Below, piece by piece: positions 37,761-52,091 of a stretch of DNA of 64,000 bases. The first letter of the stretch is position 1, and each line of letters starts with the position of its first letter. The notes beneath the pieces are model-generated. The model saw nothing but the letters and a program-made list of their open reading frames with translations. It ran no database searches and was not told the origin of the DNA. The position numbers and the translations under genes were made by a program. Source of the stretch: Gemmatimonadota bacterium (GTDB lineage Bacteria > Gemmatimonadota > Gemmatimonadetes > Gemmatimonadales > GWC2-71-9); the NCBI GenBank assembly GCA_039588295.1, contig JBDHAB010000007.1, positions 64,001-128,000 on the forward strand, read 5' to 3'.

Positions 37761-38726
37761 CTGGACCCGGTGTCTCACACACTCGTCGGAGCAGCGCTCG
37801 CCGAGACGGGACTCAAACGGCGAAGTGCGCTGGCGACGGCGACGCTCCTGATCGGTGCAAACCTACCGGACGTCGACATCCTTGCCTATGCGGACAGCTC
37901 CGTCACCGCGCTCTGGTTCCGGCGAGGGGTGACCCATGGGGTGCTCGGATGGCTGCTGCTGCCGCTCCTGTTGACCGGTGTCATGCTACTCTGGGATCGG
38001 CTCTTTCGAAAAAGGGGTGGCAGAAGTCCGGATGCTCCGGTCAGGCCCGCGCAGCTGCTGGCGCTCGCCGTTCTCGCCGTTATCACCCATCCCCTACTCG
38101 ACCTGCTCAATGTCTACGGGATTCGGCTCCTGATGCCGTTCTCCGAAACGTGGTTCTACGGTGACACGCTCTTCATCGTCGATCCGTGGCTTTGGGCGAT
38201 TCTGGTGGCGGGAATCTTCCTCACTCGGCGTCGGGCGGCCCGTTTCGGTTCGGGACGGCGTGTTGCACGGCTCACACCCGCGCTCGGGGCCGTGTTGCTC
38301 GTTGTCGTGTACATCGGGACCATGGCGGCGCTGAACGTGGCCGGTCGTCGGGTCGCCGAGCGGGCGATTGCGGATGCCGGTCTGGGGAGGCCCGTCCGCC
38401 TGATGGTGGCACCCGTGCCGGTGAATCCGCTGCGGCGATGGGTTGTATTCGAGTTCGAAGACGGCTACCGGTTTGGAACGCTCAGGTGGCTGGGACGGCG
38501 GCGTGTGGAGCTTCATGACCTCTTGTACACGCAGTATACGGGCGGATATGGGGCGGTTGCAGCGACTCGGGGCCCCAACGCGCGGAAGTTCCTCAGTTGG
38601 GCGCGGTTTCCGTATTTCCGAGTCTCGGAAACCCCGGGTGGTCGGGTGGTGCACATCGGCGATGCGCGCTACACCCTGGACCCTGCGAATTCGTGGGCGA
38701 GCCTCACCGTGCCGATCGGCGAGTGA
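37761..38726 (+). CDS. Metal-dependent membrane hydrolase (YdjM family), apparent CTG start
   Basis: (M)DPVSHTLVG, ANLPDVD, RGVTHG, THPLLDLLNVYG, FIVDPW. Confidence 0.82.
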   Translation: MDPVSHTLVGAALAETGLKRRSALATATLLIGANLPDVDILAYADSSVTALWFRRGVTHGVLGWLLLPLLLTGVMLLWDRLFRKRGGRSPDAPVRPAQLLALAVLAVITHPLLDLLNVYGIRLLMPFSETWFYGDTLFIVDPWLWAILVAGIFLTRRRAARFGSGRRVARLTPALGAVLLVVVYIGTMAALNVAGRRVAERAIADAGLGRPVRLMVAPVPVNPLRRWVVFEFEDGYRFGTLRWLGRRRVELHDLLYTQYTGGYGAVAATRGPNARKFLSWARFPYFRVSETPGGRVVHIGDARYTLDPANSWASLTVPIGE

Positions 38727-38755
38727 CATCCGCGGCCGTCTGGCGGTCAAGCGGT

Positions 38756-38791
38756 GAGGGCCGGGGGCCCCCTGGGGAGTCTCCGGCCCTC
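38756..38791. terminator. Hairpin between convergent genes
   Basis: gagggccggggg...ctccggccctc inverted repeat. Confidence 0.55.
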
Positions 38792-38829
38792 GATCGTTCG
38801 GCACACGGTTCCCTGCGGACTTCTGGTTG

Positions 38830-39309
38830 TTAGTCCTCGCGTGCGGCGACACGCACCTGGTTCCATGGTGCGTTCTGATCTCGGTTGTGGCGTTGGACCG
38901 CAGTTCGGGTTGCCGCGGCGCCCCGCAGCACACTGCGCTCAAAATCCGTCGGGAGCTGCTCGTCCTCGACGTTCAACCGAATCGATGCGACGAAGTCGTT
39001 CATGTAGCATCGCCGGTCGGAGGGCGAGCCGTCGGCCTTGGCGAATACCCTGTTGTGGATCACTTCGACATCGAGCCGAATAGCCTCGCGGTAGCGGAAC
39101 AACCGTGCGGTCACGGCGCCCCGTCCGATGCCGTCGGAGAATCTGAGCGGCACCGAGAACCGGTATCCGGACTCGTCAGTCTCGCTGGCGACCGTCTCTG
39201 AGGGGGCGAGACGCTGTAGGAGAGCCGCCACAGCCTGGGCGAGGGCCTCGAGGGTCCCCTCCAACTGCTGTTGTACGAGAAACGGGCCGCTCTCGACACA
39301 TCCGTTCAT
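38830..39309 (-). CDS. Hypothetical protein
   Basis: Fills the gap between convergent/divergent neighbours; protein-like alpha/beta composition; start uncertain. Confidence 0.6.
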   Translation of the reverse strand: MNGCVESGPFLVQQQLEGTLEALAQAVAALLQRLAPSETVASETDESGYRFSVPLRFSDGIGRGAVTARLFRYREAIRLDVEVIHNRVFAKADGSPSDRRCYMNDFVASIRLNVEDEQLPTDFERSVLRGAAATRTAVQRHNRDQNAPWNQVRVAARED

Positions 39310-39646
39310 GTCAGGGCTCCACATTGCAGAGTGATCCCCCACCGTCTGGCTCTCCACCCTCCCGCCAAATATAAGCGCCAGAAATGTGCCACAGTTCCCC
39401 TAATCTAGCGAACCCACCCAAGTTGTTGCAGTACAGTCAATTCCAAGGTTCGGAGCGGTCCCCGGCCAGGCACTGCGCTCCCCCATGTCTTGCAAATTGT
39501 CTCCTGCCGCGAACACCCCTGGGTTTGAGGGGCCACCGGCTCGTGATCCGTGTCACGGACTCGCGGGAGCGGCTCAATGTCGCCGCCTGCCGACCAGATC
39601 CCTGCTCTGGCCTGGATCGCGGTGTCTTCGTACAATGCACGGTCAC

Positions 39647-40699
39647 ATGACACGACCCCCAGTCACGTTCCGAGAGGTACTCGACCGGTTTCACCGACCG
39701 CTCGAGAGCCTTCGCGTCTCCGTGACGGACCGCTGCAATCTGCGCTGCCATTACTGTATGCCCGAGGAGCACTACGTGTGGCTCCCTCGGCGGTCGATTC
39801 TCGACTACGAAGAGCTCGCCAGGTTGGCGGCGGTGTTCGCTGGATTCGGAGTCGAGAAAGTACGCATCACCGGTGGAGAACCCCTGCTACGGCGTGATCT
39901 CTCCCAATTGGTGGCGTTGCTGCGCGCCGATGCTCGCCTGACGGATGTTGCGCTGACGACGAACGGGCTTCTGCTCCCGCTTCACGCCGCCGACCTCGCG
40001 TCGGCGGGGTTGAATCGGCTGACGGTGAGCCTGGACACGTTGCGCGCCGAGCGCTATCGCGATCTTACGGGCCGCGCGCGTCTCCAGGACGCGCTTGCCG
40101 GGATCGACGCGGTGCTTGCGGCCGGGTTTCGCGGGACCAAGCTGAACACGGTTGTGATGCGTGGCGTGAACGACGACGAGCTCATCGACCTGCTGGAATT
40201 CGGCCGCGCCAAGGATCTGGAAGTGCGGTTCATCGAGTACATGGATGTGGGTGGGGCGACGCGGTGGTCTCCGCATGATGTCGTTTCCCGGTCCGAGATC
40301 CTCGAGATCGTGCGCCGGCACTACGGCTCGGTCGAACCGGCGGAGGAATCCGCCGATGCCCGGGCCCCCGCCGATCGATTCCTCTTGCCGGACGGGTCGA
40401 CCTTTGGGGTGATCGCATCGACCACCGCCCCGTTTTGCCGGTCGTGCGGCCGCAGTCGATTGACGGCGGACGGGATGTGGTACCTCTGTCTGTACGCGGA
40501 CGACGGCGTCGACCTCAAGGCCCTGCTGCGGGGCGGTGCCTCGGATGCCGACATAGCCGCCGCGATTCGGGAGGCCTGGGAACGGCGTACAGATCGTGGT
40601 GCGGAGCAGCGTCTCGATCGTGGTGATCGGGGACCGCTCTATCGGCTCCAAGGTCTGCGCGAGGATCCGCACCGGGAAATGCACACCAGAGGGGGTTGA
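39647..40699 (+). CDS. moaA: GTP 3',8-cyclase (Moco biosynthesis radical SAM enzyme)
   Basis: LRVSVTDRCNLRCHYCMP, RITGGEP, RFIEYM, FCRSCGRSRLTADG...CLY, C-terminal GG. Confidence 0.95.
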   Translation: MTRPPVTFREVLDRFHRPLESLRVSVTDRCNLRCHYCMPEEHYVWLPRRSILDYEELARLAAVFAGFGVEKVRITGGEPLLRRDLSQLVALLRADARLTDVALTTNGLLLPLHAADLASAGLNRLTVSLDTLRAERYRDLTGRARLQDALAGIDAVLAAGFRGTKLNTVVMRGVNDDELIDLLEFGRAKDLEVRFIEYMDVGGATRWSPHDVVSRSEILEIVRRHYGSVEPAEESADARAPADRFLLPDGSTFGVIASTTAPFCRSCGRSRLTADGMWYLCLYADDGVDLKALLRGGASDADIAAAIREAWERRTDRGAEQRLDRGDRGPLYRLQGLREDPHREMHTRGG

Positions 40700-40754
40700 G
40701 ATGTGTGATGTGCTGACGGCCAGCCGAGGATCTTCGGTGATCGGGTGTGGACGC

Positions 40755-41855
40755 ATGCGCGCGAAGTCGGTGGTGACCATTGCTTTCCTCCTGCTACCGG
40801 CCGCGTGCTCCAAGAACCCTCCGCCGGACTTCGCCCCCGATCCGGGGTTGGTCGGGCAAATCTCCGAGATTCGCATCCGCACCGCGGTCGGGCGAGTGTG
40901 TCCCGGCCAAACGATCCGGGCCGACTACGAAGCGGTGCTGGAAGACGGGCGGGTGATTCCGTTCGCTCGCGAGTACGACGACGACGACCCGCCGCCGCTG
41001 CACGTGGTGTTTCTCCGCCGCACGAGTCCCGCAGCGGAGAGCGAGGGTGACGGGGACTGGAGCACCGACCCTGACCCACTGCTCAGCGCCATGGACGGGT
41101 TTCGGCTCCACGCGGAACTCAGGGCGCGCCCCTCGCTGTCGGCATCCGTGACGGTTGCCCCGGAGTATTCCTGTGCGCGGCATCGATTCCGGTTCGCCGG
41201 CCGCACCGGCGCGCGGGGACGGTCCGGGCGTTCCGGACCCGATGTCCTGGTGCGGCTGGCCGTGCTGGGCTCGCCGTTCCACGAGCGGTTGCTCGTGCTC
41301 GGCATCGAGGTCGGTGATGCGCCACCGTTCTTCGTGCTCCAGGACGCCGCGGCGGTTCCGCCCGCGGACTGGTATGTGATCGAGTCGGTCGGCGGGCGCG
41401 GGGGACGTGGTGAGGATGGGGGTGATGGAGCCGAAGGAGTCAAGGGACGCGCCGGCTGCCCTGGAGGCCGTGGAGGGGTAGGCGGGCCGGGTGGTGACGG
41501 TGGTCCCGGTGGGCCGGGCGGTCCGGGCGGTCCGATCACGATTATGGTTCCGTCAGACGAGCCGTTCCTCGCCGGCCTCGTCGATGGCCGCAGCATCGGT
41601 GGGCCGGGTGGTGCGGGAGGCAGTGGGGGCGACGGTGGGCCTGGGGGTGAAGGGGGAGACGCGATCGTGGTCACGGGGCGCCAGTGCGCGGCTGGGCCTC
41701 AAGGCCCTGTGGGACGCGAGGGGCGAGCTGGGGCGGAGGGACCGGACGGCAGTCGCGGGGTGCGGCCCAGGGTCATCACAGTGTCGGCGTCGGAAGTGTT
41801 CGGGAGCAGGGCTCCACTTTCACTACAGGCCCTGATAGATTTCACCCGCAATTGA
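40755..41855 (+). CDS. Lipoprotein with Gly-X-X (collagen/polyglycine-II-like) segments
   Basis: Lipobox LPAAC; long G-x-x runs at about 41390-41530 and 41600-41760. Confidence 0.75.
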   Translation: MRAKSVVTIAFLLLPAACSKNPPPDFAPDPGLVGQISEIRIRTAVGRVCPGQTIRADYEAVLEDGRVIPFAREYDDDDPPPLHVVFLRRTSPAAESEGDGDWSTDPDPLLSAMDGFRLHAELRARPSLSASVTVAPEYSCARHRFRFAGRTGARGRSGRSGPDVLVRLAVLGSPFHERLLVLGIEVGDAPPFFVLQDAAAVPPADWYVIESVGGRGGRGEDGGDGAEGVKGRAGCPGGRGGVGGPGGDGGPGGPGGPGGPITIMVPSDEPFLAGLVDGRSIGGPGGAGGSGGDGGPGGEGGDAIVVTGRQCAAGPQGPVGREGRAGAEGPDGSRGVRPRVITVSASEVFGSRAPLSLQALIDFTRN

Positions 41856-42029
41856 AACCCATTGGATCGGGGAGTGGGGCGTTGGGGAGCGGTATCTCGA
41901 AGCGAGCGGTAAGGCAAGACCGGCAACCCGCCGGGAGCGCCAATCGTGTTCGCGTCGCAGGCCCTCCGCAGCACTCGACTTCCCGTTGTTGTTTCTGAGC
42001 CCGCTCAGGGAAACCGAGGAGATTCACCC

Positions 42030-43184
42030 GTGATTGTTTCCGTTCCGAAGGAATCGGCCAGCGGTGAGCGGCGTGTCGCCCTCACGCCGGACGTCGTGAA
42101 GCGGCTGGTCGGTCAAGGGGTTGAGGTGCGCATCGAGCACGATGCCGGCCGCACCGCGTCCCATTCCGACGCCCTCTACGAATCGGCGGGAGCCACGATC
42201 GTCAGCGACCGCGATGCCGTGTGGCGTGAGGCCGACGTCGTGCTTCGGGTGCAGCGTCCCATGATCTCCGGCGAGCGAGACGAGGTTGCATTGCTGAGCG
42301 AGGGCGCCGTGGTGGTCGGAATGCTGCAGCCGGCGACGAACGCCGATCTGGTCAACCGCCTTGCCAAGCAACGCGTGACCAGCTTCAGCCTAGACCAGCT
42401 ACCGCGCATCACGCGCGCGCAAACGATGGATGTCTTGTCGTCGATGAGTACGATCGCCGGATACCGCGCGGTGCTGCTGGCGGCGGCAAACAACGCAAAG
42501 TTCTTCCCGATGCTGATCACGGCCGCGGGGACGATCGCCCCCGCCAAAGTGCTGATCCTCGGCGCCGGGGTTGCCGGATTGCAGGCCATCGCCACGGCTC
42601 GTCGGCTCGGCGCAGTGGTCGTGGCGTTCGACGTGCGCCCCGCGGTGAAAGAGCAGGTCGAGAGTCTCGGGGCGAAGTTCATCTCCCCCGACACAGGTGC
42701 CCTCGAGGCCGAAGGGGCTGGCGGGTACGCCAAGGAATTGAGCGAGGACCAGCACAAGAAGGAACTCGAGTTCCTTCATGAACACATCAAGGCCGTCGAC
42801 GTCGTAATCTCGACGGCGCTCATTCCCGGCAAGCCTGCGCCGAAACTGATCACGCAGGACATGGTGAAGGACATGCGGCCGGGGAGCGTCATCATCGACC
42901 TCGCCGCCGAGATGGGGGGGAACTGCGAACTCACGCAGCCCGGTGAGACCGTCGATCGGTTTGGGGTCAGCATCATGGGCCCGCTGAACATCCCCGCCAC
43001 CATGCCGGTGCATGCGAGTCAGATGTACGCGAAGAACATGCAGGCCTTTCTGGGCCTGGTGATCGACAAGGAAGGCAAGCTTACACTCAACTTCGAAGAT
43101 GAGATCGTGCAGGGAACCTGTGTTACCCATGAAGGCAACATTGTGGACGAGGCGACCCGTAGTGCTTTGGGAGGCAAGGCGTGA
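42030..43184 (+). CDS. pntA: NAD(P) transhydrogenase alpha subunit, part 1 (dI)
   Basis: VPKE...ERRVALTP, PRITRAQTMDVLSS, GAGVAGLQAIA, GGYAKE, DLAAEMGGNC; GTG start after GAGGAG. Confidence 0.95.
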   Translation: MIVSVPKESASGERRVALTPDVVKRLVGQGVEVRIEHDAGRTASHSDALYESAGATIVSDRDAVWREADVVLRVQRPMISGERDEVALLSEGAVVVGMLQPATNADLVNRLAKQRVTSFSLDQLPRITRAQTMDVLSSMSTIAGYRAVLLAAANNAKFFPMLITAAGTIAPAKVLILGAGVAGLQAIATARRLGAVVVAFDVRPAVKEQVESLGAKFISPDTGALEAEGAGGYAKELSEDQHKKELEFLHEHIKAVDVVISTALIPGKPAPKLITQDMVKDMRPGSVIIDLAAEMGGNCELTQPGETVDRFGVSIMGPLNIPATMPVHASQMYAKNMQAFLGLVIDKEGKLTLNFEDEIVQGTCVTHEGNIVDEATRSALGGKA

Positions 43185-43476
43185 TGATTGAGGAACTCGT
43201 TGGGCTGCTCGTGATCTTCGTACTGGCGATGTTCGTCGGCTTCGAAGTGATCACGAAGGTACCGCCCACCCTTCATACGCCGCTCATGTCCGGCTCCAAC
43301 GCGATCTCCGGGATCACGATCATCGGAGCGCTCATCATTGCCGGGAAGGGTGAGACGCGGCTTACGTCGATCCTCGGGCTGGTGGCGGTGATCTTCGCCA
43401 TGATCAATGTCGTGGGCGGGTTCATGGTCACCGACCGGATGCTCCGGATGTTCAAGCGTAAACCCGAGGAGCAGCA

Positions 43477-43480
<4 letters not shown>
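43181..43480 (+). CDS. NAD(P) transhydrogenase alpha subunit, part 2 (membrane)
   Basis: VPPTLHTPLMSGSNAISG, NVVGGFMVTDRML. Confidence 0.93.
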
Positions 43481-44868
<1,388 letters not shown>

Positions 44869-45036
44869 CCGGCGACGGGAAGGATGGTCAGCGGCGGCCG
44901 GTGGCCCACCATTCGGGATCGCCGGCCGCCGCGGTGTATGCGAGCTCGGGTGGTGCAGGTCGGGGAGGAATCGGGAGGGGAGCGTGACGGGATCCACACT
45001 TCCGATGCGACGGATCCAGAGATGATGAACCGTGTG

Positions 45037-45444
45037 TCAGTCCTCTGGTTTCACGCGGCCGCGTTGGCGTTTGGTTTTGGAGCGGTGCTGCTTGTCGGCC
45101 AACCGCCGCTCGCGCGCCGACGCCGGTGGCTTGGTCTTTTTGCGGGGCTTGGGAAGCACGAGCGCATCCTTGACGAGCTTGCGGAGCCGCGCGATGGCCG
45201 CGCGGCGGTTCTGCCACTGGCTGCGGCGTTCGGCGGCCACGACCCGGAGCACGCCCCGTCTATCGATCCGGCGAGCGAGCTTGTGGAGCAGACGCTCCCG
45301 CTGAGCCTCCGTCAGGCTCGGGCTCGCAGCGACGCTCCACCGCACCTCGACGCGCGTCGCGGTCGTGTTCACGTGCTGCCCACCCGGGCCACGGGCTCGA
45401 GTGGCGCGCACATCCAACTCCTCGAGCGGAACGGTGTATGCCAT
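45037..45444 (-). CDS. arfB: Alternative ribosome-rescue peptidyl-tRNA hydrolase
   Basis: GPGGQHVN, RSQWQNR, basic C-terminal tail PKPRKKTKP. Confidence 0.92.
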   Translation of the reverse strand: MAYTVPLEELDVRATRARGPGGQHVNTTATRVEVRWSVAASPSLTEAQRERLLHKLARRIDRRGVLRVVAAERRSQWQNRRAAIARLRKLVKDALVLPKPRKKTKPPASARERRLADKQHRSKTKRQRGRVKPED

Positions 45445-45528
45445 ATCGCACCAAGATAGCAGCGTATTGGTGGGGGCACCCGCTCTGGCGCTCCGTAGGG
45501 CACCCGGGCAGCTTCCAATGAGGTATCA

Positions 45529-46668
45529 ATGAATACGATGCGCGTGTCAGAGTCTGGTACCCTCGCGCTGGTGCTGTCGGGGGGTGGGGCAAGGGCGGCG
45601 TATCAGGTTGGCGTGCTGAGCGCCATCGCAGAAGGGTATCCCAATCTGGAGATCCCCATCCTCACCGGTGTTTCCGCCGGTGCGATCAACACGGTGTATC
45701 TCGCCGCCCACACTGGACCCTTCAGTCGAGCCGTCGAGGGACTGCGAGACCAATGGAGTCGGCTGACACCCGATCAGGTTTATGCGGTGCGATCCCACCG
45801 GTTGGGTCGAGCGGTGCTGCACTGGGTGTTCAACATGATCACGCGCCGAGGATCCCCGAGACCCTCCTTGCGCGGTCTCATGGACATGGCGCCGCTCGGT
45901 GGATTCCTGGCCGCCTGCATGGAGATCGACGGGATCCAGAAGAACATCCGTCGTGGGCAACTGCGGGCGGCCGCCTTGAGTACCACATGCTATTCGTCGG
46001 GACAGACGGTGACGTTCGTGCAAGGCACGGCGGATGTACCGCTTTGGAAACGGCACATGCGTGTGGCGGTGCGCACCAATGTCACGGTCGAACATCTCCT
46101 CGCGTCGGCCGCCATACCCATCGTGTTTCCGGCCGTCCAGATTGGCGACGCGTTCTATGGGGACGGGAGCGTGCGACAGACGGCTCCGCTGGCACCGGCG
46201 ATTCACCTCGGAGCCGAGCGCATCTTGGCCATTGCGATGCGGTCCGGCGAAGTCCCGGAGTGCACGCGGCGGACCGAGCGATACCCGGTAGCGGCGGAAG
46301 TCTTCGGACTCCTGTTGCATTCGGTGTTTCTCGATTCCCTCGACGCCGATGCAGAGCGTCTGGACCGGGTGAATCGTCTACTCGCCGCGCTTCCGGCAGA
46401 GGAGGCTCGGGCATCGGGTATGAGGCCCGTGGAGTTGCTGCTGTTGCGGCCCTCCAGGGACCTCGGCACGATTGCGAGTGACTTCGTGCTCGATATCCCT
46501 GCGCTGGCGAAGCTCTTGATCTCGGGCATTGGCGGTGAGCGCGCCCGATCTTCCGACTTCCTGAGCTATCTCATGTTCCAGCCCGACTACACCGGCTCGC
46601 TGATACAGTTGGGGTACGAGGATGCACGGCGTCGGTGGGGAGAGATCCAAGATTTTCTGAGCGTCTGA
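45529..46668 (+). CDS. Patatin-like phospholipase
   Basis: LSGGGARAAYQVG, GVSAG, ASAAIP, DGSVR. Confidence 0.9.
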   Translation: MNTMRVSESGTLALVLSGGGARAAYQVGVLSAIAEGYPNLEIPILTGVSAGAINTVYLAAHTGPFSRAVEGLRDQWSRLTPDQVYAVRSHRLGRAVLHWVFNMITRRGSPRPSLRGLMDMAPLGGFLAACMEIDGIQKNIRRGQLRAAALSTTCYSSGQTVTFVQGTADVPLWKRHMRVAVRTNVTVEHLLASAAIPIVFPAVQIGDAFYGDGSVRQTAPLAPAIHLGAERILAIAMRSGEVPECTRRTERYPVAAEVFGLLLHSVFLDSLDADAERLDRVNRLLAALPAEEARASGMRPVELLLLRPSRDLGTIASDFVLDIPALAKLLISGIGGERARSSDFLSYLMFQPDYTGSLIQLGYEDARRRWGEIQDFLSV

Positions 46669-46755
46669 AGTCCGACGAGCGAGGAAGGCAGACCGGCGAC
46701 GTGGTGAGGGGGCGGGAGGGTCAACCCTCCCACCTCCGGTGTGCGTGTGCCGAAC

Positions 46756-49545
<2,790 letters not shown>

Positions 49546-50063
49546 GTTTCGGTATCGAGGGCTGAGTTCAGGAGTTGGACCGTGGCCCCTAACAGTAACA
49601 TGCCGTTTGATGGGCGGGCAGGCGGTGCCTGAAGCGGAGCTGCTTCGCGTCGGGGAACGCGCACCTCGGCCTGGGGCGCAGCAAAGGCGGCCTCATCTCT
49701 GATTCCTCAGAGGTGGAGGCCGCCGAGCGGACCTCTGTCCGCTGGATGCCCGTAGTCTCTGCACGCCCAACCCGTGTCCAGCCCCGTCAGAGGCCGCGGG
49801 ATTGTGACTCACAGCCCCTACAGATCGCCCATCCGCTGCGGGTATCTGCCGCCGTGAATCGCGAGAGGACAAACCGCCACTTCCCATTACCGGACACGGG
49901 TTCCCCTCGATGGCATTTGGAGAATAGCGCTGACCATCTGAAGGGAAAGTGAATTGAACGTGAAACCACTGGACCTTCGTCTCGGCGCGCTGCCGCGGTG
50001 GGGACAGGATGCTATCTTTGCTGTCGCCGAATCCCTCAAGACGCGACGATGGAGACCCTCGAC

Positions 50064-52091
50064 ATGACCGACGGCGCCGTGGAGCAGGGCTCTGCCCTGG
50101 ATCAACTGTGCGTCAATACGCTCCGCACCCTTGCCATCGATGCAGTGGAGCGTGCGAAGTCCGGCCATCCCGGTGCACCGATGGGTCTGGCGCCCGTGAG
50201 CTATGTCCTGTGGACCCGCCATCTGCGTCACAGTCCCGAAAATCCGCAGTGGGTGGGACGGGACCGATTTGTGCTTTCCTGTGGGCATGCGTCGATGCTG
50301 CTCTACGGGCTTCTGTATCTCAGCGGATACGATCTATCACTCGAGGACCTCAAGACGTTTCGTCAGTGGGGCAGCAGGACGCCAGGCCATCCGGAGTATG
50401 GTGACACGCCGGGCGTTGAGACCACGACGGGTCCGCTCGGCCAGGGCTTCGGCAACGCGGTCGGCATGGCCCTGGCCGCGGCGCATCTGGCCGCGCGGTT
50501 CAATCGGCCGAAGCTCGAAGTGGTCGCGCATCGGGTCTACGTGCTGGCCAGCGACGGAGACCTCATGGAGGGGGTGTCGCACGAGGCCGCCTCGCTCGCC
50601 GGCCATCTTGGTCTTGGCGATCTCATCGTGCTGTATGACGACAACGGCATCACGATCGACGGCTCCACGGACCTCACCTACAGTGATGACGTGCCGCAAC
50701 GCTTTGCGGCCTACGGGTGGCAGGTCCTCACCGTGGATGACGGGAACGATCTGAGCGCCGTCGACGCCGCCATCGTCGCGGCGAAGGCCGAGCGAGCCAG
50801 GCCGTCGCTGGTGGTGGTCCGCACCCACATCGGCTACGGCAGTCCAAACAAACAGGACACGGCTGCGGCGCACGGCGCGCCGCTCGGTGAGGAGGAGGTG
50901 CATCTCACGAAGCGGAACTTGGGATGGCCCCACGACGCGCCGTTTGCCGTACCGGACGACGCGCTCGAGGTGTGGCGCCGCTGCCGTGACCGGGGCACAG
51001 CGCTGGAGTCCGAGTGGAAAGAGCTGAATCGAGAGTACAGGGTGCGGGAGCCGAAGCTCGCCGCGGAGTTCGATCGACGGTTACGAGGCGAACTTCCCTC
51101 GGGGTGGGAGGACGCGATGCCGCGGTTCACGGAGGCCGACGGGCCGATGGCGACGCGCGCGGCATCTGGAAAGGTGCTGGCAGCGCTCACGCCTCGGATC
51201 CCTGAGCTGCTCGGTGGATCGGCGGACCTTGGCGGTTCGAACAACACGCTCGTCAAGGAGGCGGACGATCTCGGTCGGGGCAACCTTGGTGGGCGCAACA
51301 TGTACTTCGGGGTCCGCGAGCATGCCATGGGTGCGATCCTCAACGGCATGGCACGGCACGGCGGAATCGTCCCCTACGGCGGGACGTTCCTGGTGTTCTC
51401 GGATTACATGCGCCCGCCGATTCGCCTCGCAGCAATGATGGGTCTCAAGGTCGTGTACGTGTTCACCCATGATTCAATCGGTCTCGGGGAGGACGGTCCG
51501 ACACACCAACCCGTCGAGATGTTGGCCGCGCTGCGCGTGGTGCCGAACCTCATCATCATTCGGCCGGCGGACGCCGCCGAGACCAGCGAAGCGTGGCGGG
51601 TTGCGCTGGAGCATCGGGGAGGACCCGTCGCGCTCGCGCTGACCCGACAGAAGATTCCCGCGCTCGCACGGGAGCAGGTTTCGGCCGGTGATGGCCTCGC
51701 GAACGGAGCGTATGTCATTGCCGACGCGCCGGGTGGACAGCCCGACGTGATTCTGCTCGCCAGCGGCTCGGAAGTCCACGTCGTGCTGGACGCGCGGCAG
51801 CGTCTCCGCGCGGACGGGATGGAAGCACGGGTGGTGAGCATGCCGAGCATGGAGCTCTTTGCAGCCCAACCGCGTGGCTACCGTGAAGATGTGCTACCCC
51901 CGTCCGTGACGCGGCGGCTTGCGGTGGAGGCCGCGCATCCAATGCCGTGGTGGCGCTGGGTGGGTGAACACGGCGACGTGCTCGGTATTGAAACCTTCGG
52001 CCGGTCCGCGCCTGCCGCACGGCTGCTGGAGGAGTACGGCTTCAGCGCCGACAACGTCGTGCAGCGGGTGCAGCGTCTCCTCGCCCGATGA
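50064..52091 (+). CDS. tkt: Transketolase
   Basis: [50 protein letters not shown]; alternative start at 50049. Confidence 0.96.
   Translation: MTDGAVEQGSALDQLCVNTLRTLAIDAVERAKSGHPGAPMGLAPVSYVLWTRHLRHSPENPQWVGRDRFVLSCGHASMLLYGLLYLSGYDLSLEDLKTFRQWGSRTPGHPEYGDTPGVETTTGPLGQGFGNAVGMALAAAHLAARFNRPKLEVVAHRVYVLASDGDLMEGVSHEAASLAGHLGLGDLIVLYDDNGITIDGSTDLTYSDDVPQRFAAYGWQVLTVDDGNDLSAVDAAIVAAKAERARPSLVVVRTHIGYGSPNKQDTAAAHGAPLGEEEVHLTKRNLGWPHDAPFAVPDDALEVWRRCRDRGTALESEWKELNREYRVREPKLAAEFDRRLRGELPSGWEDAMPRFTEADGPMATRAASGKVLAALTPRIPELLGGSADLGGSNNTLVKEADDLGRGNLGGRNMYFGVREHAMGAILNGMARHGGIVPYGGTFLVFSDYMRPPIRLAAMMGLKVVYVFTHDSIGLGEDGPTHQPVEMLAALRVVPNLIIIRPADAAETSEAWRVALEHRGGPVALALTRQKIPALAREQVSAGDGLANGAYVIADAPGGQPDVILLASGSEVHVVLDARQRLRADGMEARVVSMPSMELFAAQPRGYREDVLPPSVTRRLAVEAAHPMPWWRWVGEHGDVLGIETFGRSAPAARLLEEYGFSADNVVQRVQRLLAR

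Noticed and set aside
41890..42025. SAM-I-like riboswitch upstream of pntA (ggcaacc motif)
   Set aside because: The remaining consensus elements and P1 pairing are not found, and the gene context does not fit.
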